Source of the DNA: a virus | Taxonomy: Duplodnaviria; Caudoviricetes | Virus record (IMG/VR): IMGVR_UViG_3300032247_000246 | Location: 1 to 26,709 of that record | Reading direction: 5' to 3' (one strand) | Length of the DNA: 26,709 nt | Part shown: piece by piece, positions 6,260-16,400 of the stretch | Layout: each line of letters starts with the position of its first letter | Numbering within the stretch: the stretch's first letter is position 1 | Position numbers and translations under genes: made by a program | Notes under the pieces: generated by a model | The model's database searches: none | Told to the model about the DNA's origin: nothing | What the model saw: the letters and a program-made list of their open reading frames with translations, nothing else

Positions 6260-9200
6260 ATGGCAAAGCATGTAATATTAGAAAGCTACACCTTTACACC
6301 ATCAACAAGAACTATTGTTGTTACTGGTAAGAACATTCGCCGAGAGCAGTTGCTTCTTATCACGAACACATCGACAGGCACTGTTCTGTATAACTTTTCT
6401 GATCCTGCATTAGGAGCAACAAGTTATGTTAATGCTGTTGATGCAACAAGTGGTACAGAAACTACAACTATTGTATTGGCATACAACACTTCGGCAATGT
6501 CTGCTACTGATAAAGTTAGCATTCTAGTCGAAGAGATTTATCATGAGATTATTCCATCTGAAGTGATGCGGGATCCAGTTGATAAACTTAGAGTTAGTAC
6601 TCCTCAATCTCTAATCGATACTGACTTTGAATATGGTCAACAGCCAACGAAATGGGAAAGTATTAATCTATTAAACAATCGTGCTTCCGCTTTCTACGAT
6701 CCGACAATAACAAGCGTCATTTCTGCAATGACTGCTTCTTCGACTACTGTTTCTGTGACATTACAATCATACACTGCGTCCACTGGTGTCGTTACCGCTG
6801 CAATCGTATCGACAATTACTGGTATCGGTTCTACTGCTGGTCTATATCCTGGTGCACAGTTAATCAAACAAAGTGGTACAGGCACATTTGGTGCAGGTGC
6901 AGTTGCAACCGTTCTTTCTGTTGACTCTGCGACACAAATTACAGTTCAAACTTCTGCTGCAATGACAACTGGTGCTTTGGTGTTCACGTTGGCAATGCCT
7001 TCTGTTGGACAGCCAATCTTCGTTCAAGGTACACTTGACGTTGCAAACGCCGACGGATGGTGGTTATGTACAAGTTCGAACACAGGCACTGGTGTTTTCC
7101 AATATGTCACAATCAGTACACCTGCTGCTGCATTGTATGATTCTAGTAAAACATATGTGTACTACGGCAACTTCTATACTGGCGCTGCGATTCCTTGCGG
7201 TACTACAGCAATCGTCACAGATGGAACTCGTGCAACAGTAACAACAACTTATGCACATGGTCTACGAATCGGTGATTCTGTGTTTATTGTTGGTACATCT
7301 ACTAACACGGCACTTAATGGTAACTATGTTGTAGAAAGAACGTTAACGACAAACACGTTTACATTCTTAACTGCTGTTGGCGCTGCAACACATACTACAA
7401 CGAATTCAGCAGGTACTATATTTCCAAGACCATTAGGATATGTTCAGCATCGTCCATTCGACGGTGGTGTTCAATTCTCGAATGTGAGTCCATTTCACGG
7501 TTATCAAGTCATTCGTCAGACACGGAGACAGTTTAGATATCAGTCTGGTAAAGGCATCCAGTTTTCAACCGGTAGTATTTTAAAACCAGCAGTGTTCTTA
7601 GAAGGTATTACAAGTTCTGGCACAGTCGCTACTATTACAACTAAGTACACACACGGTCTTCTGCCTGGTTCATACATCAAAGTATCTGGTGTGACTGCTG
7701 GAACATCAACGACATTATTAGATGGTTATTACAACGGCACATTCTTAGTCACTGCTGTTACACCTCTTACAATTTCTTATGCAATGTCGGGTACGCCAAC
7801 AAATTCGACAGCGACTGGATTCCCATTAACTGCTAATCCAGCGTCTTGGTACGGTAGTACAAATCGTGTCGGTATGTTTGATAACCAAAACGGTTTCTTC
7901 TTTGAGTTTGACGGACAAAACATTTACTGTGTCAAACGTAGCAGCACAACACAAATATCTGGAAACATTGCAATCAACTCAGGTAGTAATGCTGTAACAG
8001 GAACAAGCACGAGATTTTCTTCACAGTTAAAACCAGGCGACTACGTTGTCATTCGTGGTATGTCTTATCTGGTTCAGTCTATCACATCAGATACAGCGAT
8101 GACTGTGTATCCAGAATATCGTGGTGGCACTAACATAACAAATACTGTTGTCAGTAAAACAGTTGATACAAGATATGTACAAAGTTCTTGGAACATCGAT
8201 AAGATGGACGGCACTGGATCAAGTCTAATGAACATCGATCTAACAAAGATGCAGATGTTCTACATCGACTTTACTTGGTACGGTGCTGGTGCTATTAGAT
8301 TTGGATTCAAGAATAATCGTGGTGAAGTTGTTTACTGTCATAGAATTCCAAACAACAATGTGAACACAGAAGCATACATGCGTTCTGGTAACATGGTTGG
8401 TAGATATGAGACTAATACTTTAACTCCATATACATATCTAACTTCGACATTACCTTCTGCACAAACATCACTAATGTCTGTGAATGATGTGTCTGCATTT
8501 CCTCCCGCAGGAACTATCGTAATTACTCAACCAGGCGATACAGGTAATGTTATTGAATATATTGCTTACACCAGTAAATCGTCTTCTAATACAGGAAACA
8601 CACTAATTGGTCTGACACGAAATGTTCAGAACATCAGCATCACTGGTGCAGGTACTGCTGCTGGTGGTAATGCTTCTGCAACATCGTTTACATTCTCGGC
8701 AACAGCACCAACTAAAGTTGAGTTGTATGGTCCAAGTCAAGCTAGTTCGATCAGTCACTGGGGTTCTAGTGTTATCATGGATGGTAGATTCGATGACGAT
8801 AAATCTCTAGTGTTCGTGGGAGGTATGAACAGAACACAAACGATTTCTAATATTGGTCAAGACGTTGTTGTACCTCTAGTCAGTATTAGAATCGCACCAT
8901 CTGTTGATAACGGTCTAACTGGTCCTCTAGGAACTAGAGATATTATCAATCGTATGCAGTTGGTTATGCGTTCACTCTCTACATTCACGACTGGTACTGG
9001 AATCACGTTCTTGATGACACTTAGACTGAATGGACGAGTTTCTGCTGGACAATTCACATCTGTTGGTGGATCAAGTCTTTCACAGATTGCAGTACATGGA
9101 TCAGGAACAACAATCACTGGTGGTGAAACTGTGTACGGTTTCTACTCAACATCAGGCATTAGTACAGAAGACTTGAATCAGGTTCGAGACTTGGGTACTT

Positions 9201-9358
9201 CTATTCTTGGTGGTGGCACTAACAACTTATGTCCAACTACTTCTGCAAACTTGTATCCTGATGGTCCTGACATTATTACTATTTGTGCGACTAACGTGAC
9301 TGGTGTTACGACCAATTCGATTCTTGCTAGAATCTCCTGGACAGAAGCACAAGCATAA
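6260..9358 (+). CDS. Large virion structural protein (tail/baseplate-fibre associated) with inserted small beta-domains
   Basis: 1032 aa, Thr/Ser/Gly-rich; blocks KLRVSTPQSLIDTDFEYG, QTRRQFRYQSGKG, RVGMFDNQNGFFFEFDG, WNIDKMDGTG, WYGAGAIRFG recalled from environmental T4-like phage structural proteins; repeated AT.TT...HGL..G..V.V.G...NG modules. Confidence 0.7.
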   Translation: MAKHVILESYTFTPSTRTIVVTGKNIRREQLLLITNTSTGTVLYNFSDPALGATSYVNAVDATSGTETTTIVLAYNTSAMSATDKVSILVEEIYHEIIPSEVMRDPVDKLRVSTPQSLIDTDFEYGQQPTKWESINLLNNRASAFYDPTITSVISAMTASSTTVSVTLQSYTASTGVVTAAIVSTITGIGSTAGLYPGAQLIKQSGTGTFGAGAVATVLSVDSATQITVQTSAAMTTGALVFTLAMPSVGQPIFVQGTLDVANADGWWLCTSSNTGTGVFQYVTISTPAAALYDSSKTYVYYGNFYTGAAIPCGTTAIVTDGTRATVTTTYAHGLRIGDSVFIVGTSTNTALNGNYVVERTLTTNTFTFLTAVGAATHTTTNSAGTIFPRPLGYVQHRPFDGGVQFSNVSPFHGYQVIRQTRRQFRYQSGKGIQFSTGSILKPAVFLEGITSSGTVATITTKYTHGLLPGSYIKVSGVTAGTSTTLLDGYYNGTFLVTAVTPLTISYAMSGTPTNSTATGFPLTANPASWYGSTNRVGMFDNQNGFFFEFDGQNIYCVKRSSTTQISGNIAINSGSNAVTGTSTRFSSQLKPGDYVVIRGMSYLVQSITSDTAMTVYPEYRGGTNITNTVVSKTVDTRYVQSSWNIDKMDGTGSSLMNIDLTKMQMFYIDFTWYGAGAIRFGFKNNRGEVVYCHRIPNNNVNTEAYMRSGNMVGRYETNTLTPYTYLTSTLPSAQTSLMSVNDVSAFPPAGTIVITQPGDTGNVIEYIAYTSKSSSNTGNTLIGLTRNVQNISITGAGTAAGGNASATSFTFSATAPTKVELYGPSQASSISHWGSSVIMDGRFDDDKSLVFVGGMNRTQTISNIGQDVVVPLVSIRIAPSVDNGLTGPLGTRDIINRMQLVMRSLSTFTTGTGITFLMTLRLNGRVSAGQFTSVGGSSLSQIAVHGSGTTITGGETVYGFYSTSGISTEDLNQVRDLGTSILGGGTNNLCPTTSANLYPDGPDIITICATNVTGVTTNSILARISWTEAQA

Positions 9359-9359
9359 A

Positions 9360-9602
9360 ATGTCATCAAGAGTCAGTCTCCAACATTTTGTTTCTACGAC
9401 GGAGCCCACCGGTGTTACGGTGGGCGACGAATGGTACAACCCTTCAACTGGTATTCTATATAAAAGAATAGCATCATCTCTTGGTGTTCAGTGGGTTAAC
9501 ATTTCTGGACTAGGATCAACGACATCAACGTCGAGTGGGACTATTAGTGCATCGTCGCAGGCCAAAATAACTGGCATATCTTTAGTATTCGCGGGAGGTT
9601 AA
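9360..9602 (+). CDS. Small fibre-like protein (80 aa)
   Basis: ATG at 9360, just after the stop at 9358, is preferred over the listed upstream start at 9303; fibre motif PTGVTVGDEWYNPSTGILY; hydrophobic C-terminal ISLVFAGG. Confidence 0.65.
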   Translation: MSSRVSLQHFVSTTEPTGVTVGDEWYNPSTGILYKRIASSLGVQWVNISGLGSTTSTSSGTISASSQAKITGISLVFAGG

Positions 9603-9603
9603 A

Positions 9604-9957
9604 TTGGCAGCACCAAATATATTCGGAGCAACAACATGTAACGGCAAGACTGCTGTGTTGATTGTTCCAGCAACAGCAACTGCGATACTTACTAATGCAG
9701 CATCTAGTAGTAAAGTTCTTAAAGTCAATGCACTATATGTAAGTAATGTTGACGGTACGACTAACTATACTCTCAATATGGACATCCTTAGATCAAGTGT
9801 CGCATATAGAATTGGTTTTGCGATAGTAGTACCAGCAGCATCTACACTAGATGTTATTAACAAACCTCTTTATCTAGAGGAGGGTGACGTTCTTCGATTG
9901 ACTGGTAGCACAGCGTCTAAACTAGAAGCAGTATGTTCATATGAGGACATCAGTTAA
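9604..9957 (+). CDS. Small conserved phage virion/adaptor protein (MAAPNI... type), TTG start
   Basis: GGAGG RBS at 9594-9598; motifs AAPNI...GKT, NAASSSKVLKVNAL.VSNVDGT, YLEEGD.L, LEAVCSYEDIS typical of small proteins that precede adhesin genes; TAATG overlap with the next gene. Confidence 0.7.
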   Translation: MAAPNIFGATTCNGKTAVLIVPATATAILTNAASSSKVLKVNALYVSNVDGTTNYTLNMDILRSSVAYRIGFAIVVPAASTLDVINKPLYLEEGDVLRLTGSTASKLEAVCSYEDIS

Positions 9958-12900
9958 TGAATCGAAGCAACGGAGGGTATATTGGCATTCTTAAAGAAGA
10001 TGCATCAGTATATCCTTTCTCTGGTGTTTATCCACTGTATGAGCATCAAGAGAATAAGTTAGCAGGTCTTTGGCCTGATAGAGCAGATGCCAGTTTTGCA
10101 AACACTTCTCTATTATTAAAAACAACTTCACAATCAACACGCAGCACAACTGTAATTGATTCGAGTGTTAATAACTTTGCAGTAACTAGAAGTGGTACAC
10201 CGAGCACGGGTTGGAATTCTCCTTATCAGACTCCAGGATATTGGAGTAATTATTTTGGTTCATCAACAGATAAGTTGAGTTTTGGCACATCTACTAATCT
10301 TGCACTTGGCGCTGGTGATTGGACTGTCGAGTGTTGGTACTTTCCTACCACAACTGGTGCTTATAGAACTTTATTTGATTGGAGAACTGCTGGATTTTCA
10401 CCTGCAGGAATTCCTGTAATATCTGTAAATCCAACAGATTTTCTTGTTGTAGATTTGCCCGGTGGAACAACGATTTTGACAAGCAGTATTGCTGTTACAT
10501 TAAACGCATGGAATCACATCGCTTATAGTCGATCATCCAACACGATTCGTGTTTTTGTAAATGGCGCGTTAGGTGGTAGTGTAAGTAATAGTACCAATCT
10601 TGGCATTGAAACATTTAGCATCGGATATACGTCAGTGCCGTATGGATATATCAGTAACGCAAGAATTGTCAAAGGCGTAGCGGTATACACTTCTAACTTT
10701 ACACCTTCAACTGCACCACTTACTGCAATATCTGGCACTTCTCTACTCACTTGTCAAAATAATAGATTCATTGATAATAGCACAAACAATTTTGCAGTCA
10801 CATTAACTGGTACTCCACAAACAACATCTTATTGGTATCCTAGTACATTTTCTGCGCCTGCTGCCAGTGTTGGTGGTGGGTATTTTAATGGTACAACAGA
10901 TTATTTGGCAACTCCGGCTAATGCGGCGTTTGCTTTTGGCACTGGCGACTTCACAGTAGAGTGCTGGATATTTATTACTTACCAACTTGGCACTGCGGGA
11001 CAGGGTAGAGGGGTATTAGTTTCAAACAGAAGTGCAGCATCGTCAAGTACTAGTTTGGTTTTGCAACATTATAACTCTAAAATATACTTTGGAACGCCTA
11101 GTACCGATTTAATTGCAAGTACTACTACATTAACCATTAACAATTGGACTCATATAGCCGTATCTAGAAGTAGTGGAACTCTTAGGTTGTTTGTAAATGG
11201 GGTATTAGACACAACAGTTGCAAGTAACATTACCAATTTTTCGGACACTAACGCATTTGCAATAGGTACAGATGGATTATATCTTGCTTATTATTTTACT
11301 GGACAAATATCCAATCTTCGATTAGTCAAAGGCACAGCGGTTTACACTGGCAACTTCACACCACCAACAGACTTTCTAACAACGACTGCTGGTACTTATC
11401 CAAGCACAGCGAACATAGTCACATCGATTGCATCATCTAATACTAGTTTATTATTAAATCTAGCAGATAGTAATTACACTTCTTTTGCTAATACATCTAA
11501 CAATAATGCGTTTATTGATAGTGGTCCATATGCTTTTCCTGTTACAAGATTAGGAACTCCCACTCAAGGTTCTATAACTCCGTATTGGCCTAATGGGTAT
11601 TGGAGTAATTATTTTGTCGCAAGTGCTGCATTATATAATGCCTCTGTTAGCAATATGTCTTTTGGTATTAGCACCAACTTTACTATTGAAGCATTTATTA
11701 ATTGGCCAGCAGCCGCTGCTGGAAATCAAACATTCTTTGAGTTGACCGGTACCACTAGAATGATTTTAGGACGCACAACTACAGGTACTAGAATATATTG
11801 GAATGGAACAGAAAAAGGAACAACTTACACGTTTACCCCTGGTACTTGGTATCATTTCGCAATAGTAAGAAATTCAGGAACGGTATATTGTTATATTAAT
11901 GGAGTTTCGGCTATAACTCCGTTCACAGAAACAGTAACATGGGCATCTACTAGATTTAATATTGGCATGAATAGTGATACTGCTGAACCAATGACTGGTT
12001 ATATAAGCAACCTACGTGTTGTTAATAACGTAGCAGTCTACACAAGTTCATTCATTCCACCAACAAATCCACTTGCGGCTACGCAAAGTGCTGGCACCAA
12101 TATCTCTGCAATTACCGGAACTTCTACGTCTTTGTTGACCTGTCAAAGTAATCGATTCATCGATAACAGTACAAGTAATTATACAATAACTCTTCAAACA
12201 GGAACAACAAAAGTTCAATCATTTCAGCCTTTCTCGCCGCCCACATCGTATACTCCTGCGGCGTATGGGGGGAGTGGATATTTTCCATTATCCCAATCAG
12301 ATTATTTGCAATTTCCAGTTAGTTCAGCCTTTGCTCCTGGCACAGGTAATTTCACTTTAGAGTGTTGGGTTTATGTTACATCACTTCCTGTTACTGACGC
12401 TTTTATTTGGACTCAATGTGTTAGCGGTACAAATTATTTTTTGTTTGGTTTTAATACTACTGCTTATTTCTATGCCACTTTAAGTGGTGGTGGAACACCA
12501 ATTAACGGACCCGCAAGTTCAATCTTATTGAACGTGTGGAATCATATAGCCGTTACTAGGGTTAGCGGAATTGTTAGAGTTTTTGTAAATGGAGTTTCCG
12601 GAACTCCAACCAGTAATACTACAGATTTATCGAATCTAAGTTATGTTCCGACTGTTGGTAGATATGCGTTTACAACCTCATATGGTTATTTTAATGGTTA
12701 CATGAGTAATCTTAGATATGTAAAAGGTGTAGCAGTATATACTGGTAATTTTACACCACCATCTTTAGGTTTATTAACAAATTCTGGATCAACAAGTGCA
12801 GTTGCTTATTCAAACACTGCTAACGTTAACACAGTTTTTGGATCATCTAGCACTTCGTTACTTGAAAACTTTTCAAATTTAGGTATCTATGATGCGACTG

Positions 12901-13463
12901 CTCAAAATGATTTAATATCAGTAAGTGGTGCTCAAGCAAGCAACACAGTAGTTAAGTGGGCTGGTTCAACTAGCATGAGATTCAATGGCAGTAGTGATTA
13001 TTTGACTATTCCAACTAACTCAGCATTAAATCTTGGTACAGGATCTTTTACTGTTGAAGCGTGGGTATATCTAAATGCAACTTCATCAGATTATTTTGTG
13101 ATAAGCGCCAGTGGAAGTGGAGGTGCGTTTTTTGGATTTACCAGCAGCACAAACATAGGTTATGGTCGCACAGCTGTTGCTTGGGATTATAATATAGCAA
13201 GTGGTATAATCCCAAAAGTTTGGTATCATCTCGCATGGTGTAGAAGTGGAACAAGTATGCGAATATTTGTTAACGGCACTCAAGTTGGAACAACACAAAC
13301 TACTTCACAATCATACGATTTATCTACTACCAGTACCAACGTTGGAAGTCAAGGTGCAAATTATTATTTAAATGGATACATACAAGATTTGCGTGTCACT
13401 AACGCGATTGCTCGATACACTGCAAACTTCACTCCACCGGTTTTACCATTTTTAACTTTGTAG
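9957..13463 (+). CDS. Five-domain LamG (ConA-like lectin) virion/tail-fibre protein (paralogue B)
   Basis: LamG-like domains at ~10236-10690, ~10878-11348, ~11595-12044, ~12276-12743 and ~12976-13420; N-terminal MNRSNGGYIG...WPD..D..FANT.LLLKTTSQ. Confidence 0.85.
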   Translation: MNRSNGGYIGILKEDASVYPFSGVYPLYEHQENKLAGLWPDRADASFANTSLLLKTTSQSTRSTTVIDSSVNNFAVTRSGTPSTGWNSPYQTPGYWSNYFGSSTDKLSFGTSTNLALGAGDWTVECWYFPTTTGAYRTLFDWRTAGFSPAGIPVISVNPTDFLVVDLPGGTTILTSSIAVTLNAWNHIAYSRSSNTIRVFVNGALGGSVSNSTNLGIETFSIGYTSVPYGYISNARIVKGVAVYTSNFTPSTAPLTAISGTSLLTCQNNRFIDNSTNNFAVTLTGTPQTTSYWYPSTFSAPAASVGGGYFNGTTDYLATPANAAFAFGTGDFTVECWIFITYQLGTAGQGRGVLVSNRSAASSSTSLVLQHYNSKIYFGTPSTDLIASTTTLTINNWTHIAVSRSSGTLRLFVNGVLDTTVASNITNFSDTNAFAIGTDGLYLAYYFTGQISNLRLVKGTAVYTGNFTPPTDFLTTTAGTYPSTANIVTSIASSNTSLLLNLADSNYTSFANTSNNNAFIDSGPYAFPVTRLGTPTQGSITPYWPNGYWSNYFVASAALYNASVSNMSFGISTNFTIEAFINWPAAAAGNQTFFELTGTTRMILGRTTTGTRIYWNGTEKGTTYTFTPGTWYHFAIVRNSGTVYCYINGVSAITPFTETVTWASTRFNIGMNSDTAEPMTGYISNLRVVNNVAVYTSSFIPPTNPLAATQSAGTNISAITGTSTSLLTCQSNRFIDNSTSNYTITLQTGTTKVQSFQPFSPPTSYTPAAYGGSGYFPLSQSDYLQFPVSSAFAPGTGNFTLECWVYVTSLPVTDAFIWTQCVSGTNYFLFGFNTTAYFYATLSGGGTPINGPASSILLNVWNHIAVTRVSGIVRVFVNGVSGTPTSNTTDLSNLSYVPTVGRYAFTTSYGYFNGYMSNLRYVKGVAVYTGNFTPPSLGLLTNSGSTSAVAYSNTANVNTVFGSSSTSLLENFSNLGIYDATAQNDLISVSGAQASNTVVKWAGSTSMRFNGSSDYLTIPTNSALNLGTGSFTVEAWVYLNATSSDYFVISASGSGGAFFGFTSSTNIGYGRTAVAWDYNIASGIIPKVWYHLAWCRSGTSMRIFVNGTQVGTTQTTSQSYDLSTTSTNVGSQGANYYLNGYIQDLRVTNAIARYTANFTPPVLPFLTL

Positions 13464-13472
13464 GCACAACAA

Positions 13473-16400
13473 ATGAATAGAGGAAACGGTGGTATTTTTG
13501 GTAAAAAGAATTCTACATCTCTTGTTGGTGGAATGTATTCATCTTACGAACAACAAGAGAAGAGTGCATCAGTATATTGGCCTTCTGGACCAGATTCGAA
13601 TTTTGCATACACACCACTACTTCTTAAGACTACATCACAAACATCACCAAAAACAACAGTAACAGATTCTAGTGCCAACAATTTGACTGTTACAAAATTT
13701 GGTACACAAAGTGTAGGATGGACTTCTCCTTATCAAGCAAGTGGATATTGGAGTAATTACTTTGGAGTTGCTAACGCAGACTACCTATCTCCTGCAAGTT
13801 CAGCGTCATTAGCTTTTGGTAATAATGCGTATACAGTTGAATTTTGGATTTTCATGTCATCTTATACCACGGGTAGCAACCGTGTAGTTGACTTGGGAAC
13901 ATCTAACAATTCGTTCGGTGTGCAGATTAATAATACCGGTACAGTTAGTGTTACAAAATATGGTGCCGTTGATGTTTTTACATCTACTGCTAGTTTTGTA
14001 GTAAATCAATGGAATCATGTTGCCGTTGTTAGAACAAGCACTGCAACTAATGGTTTAGCTATTTACTTAAATGGCACAAACATTGGAACTGGAACAGATA
14101 CAAATAATTGGACAGTAGTAACTACCCCGAGAATTAACGGACTAAGTGGCTTTAGTTTTGGTTGGACTGGATATCTTTCGAATTTTCGTATAGTAAACGG
14201 TACCGCAGTTTACACAAGCAACTTCACATCACCTAATGCACCACTAACATCAATATCAGGCACTGCTTTATTGACATGCCAAGATAATAGATTCAAAGAT
14301 AATAGCACAAACAATCTAACTCTAACTCCATCTGGTACACCACGAACGTTTTCTGATTGGTATCCAACTACATTCTCAGGACTCACTCCTAGTATTGGTG
14401 CATTATACAATGGATCTAAAACTGATACTCTGACTATACCAAATACGTCAGCAATAACAACACTCGCTGGTGATTTTACAATCGAATCTTGGGTATATCC
14501 AACAGACACAACTATGACTGGTGCTTGGGGATTGATTGAAACACGCACTTCTGGTCAAACCGCAGCGCCTTGGGCGTGGTCACTAGGGTATTCATCGCCT
14601 AGTTTCACTTCTGGATTTTTCACAGGGACGAGTTACGCTTTTACTCTAAGAGTTTTACCTTACGTTTGGTCACACATAGTTCTTCAACGTAACGGTTCAA
14701 CACTTAGATACTTTGTAAACGGTGTAGTTGATACAACATCTTTCAGTCTAAGTGGTACTATTTCTGGTGGATCTAGTACGATTTACATATCGAACACTAA
14801 AGACAATAATCTTGGAGGATACGGCACTGGTGGTTATTATTCTGATTTCAGAATAGTTAATGGCACTGGAGTTTATAACGTTACTGGATTTACACCACCA
14901 ACGTCCAAATTAACTGCTGTTGCAAATACAGTTTTACTTCTAAGTTTATCAGATGATAACAACACATCCATCACTGATGGTGCTAATAATAACGTCTTTA
15001 TCGATAGCAGTCCATATGCATTAACTCTAACCCGCAACGGAACTCCAACACAAGGTTCTTTTACCCCATATTGGCCTAATGGATATTGGAGTGTGTATTT
15101 TGGTGGGTCAGGTAACTATATGGTTACAAACACCGCCCCATTAGCAACAACAACTACTACATTTACTATCGAGTGTTGGATATATCCGACAGCAACTCCT
15201 GTTGGCGCCCAACCAGCGGTTATTGGTGATTTGCTAGCAACAAGCGGGTCCAACTTTTTATCTTTTGGACCACTTTCTTCAAATTTACTTCAATTATATT
15301 GGTATGACGGGGCGGGTAAAAGTTGTACTGGCAACACAACAATTTCATTAAACGCTTGGACGCACATCGCGGTGTCCGTCAATGCAAACGTAATAACTCT
15401 ATATGTTAACGGTGTTTCACAAACGCTTTCTGGCACAACTACGCTAACAAATAGGAGTTCTTCGTATAATTATTTTACGCTTGGGCAATCTAGTCCAAGT
15501 ATTTATTACACAGGCTATATTTCAAACTTGTCAGTGCTAAATGGCACGGCCAAATACAGTACTTCATTTACACCTACAACATCCCCGTTGAGTGTAAGCA
15601 CTACAAACCAAACGCTGTTGACTTGTTATAGCAATCGTTTTATTGATTCAAATACAGCCACAACAGCAAAAACTATAACGATCACCGGCATCCCAACCGT
15701 CCAAGCCTTCCAACCACTTCCTTCTAAGGTATACAGTCCATCACTGTATGGTGGAAGTGGATATTTTAATGGTAGTACAGATTCAGTATATACAAATCAA
15801 ACATTTTCATTAGCAACAGCGACCACTCCGTTCACGATGGAAGCGTGGGTAAACTTTTCATCTTTCAGTGGAGTAGCGATTGCATCGACCGCATATGCAG
15901 GCAGCGGAGCAATACCATTCATGATGGGAATGGCATCATCTTCTGCTTTTTCTAGTCCTGCCGCAACACCTATATTTGCATATTATAATGGTTCAGCGTG
16001 GACGGTCGCTGTTCAATCATCAACTAGTTTATCACTCAATACTTGGTATCATTTAGCATATGTATACACAGGATCAACTGCAACCGTATATGCTAACGGA
16101 GTTTCAATAGGATCTGCTTCAATATCATCATGGCAAACTACTGGTCAATCAGGTTTTTATGTAGGTAGACGATGGGATACTAATAATAGTGTTTATTTTA
16201 ATGGTTATATCAGCAATTTTAGATTAGTTATTGGCACAGCAGTTTACACGGGTACTTTTACTCCACCAACGTTAGCACCATTAACGTTCGATGGACAAAC
16301 TAGTGCAGCAAGTTATGCAAACACGGCTAACGTCAATACGAGTTTTGGTAAATCACAAACTGTTTTATTAACAAACTTTAATAATACTGCTATCTATGAT

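Noticed and set aside
9303-9359. Upstream extension of the 9360 ORF
   Set aside because: Overlaps the 3' end of the 1032-aa gene; the ATG at 9360 directly after its stop is more plausible
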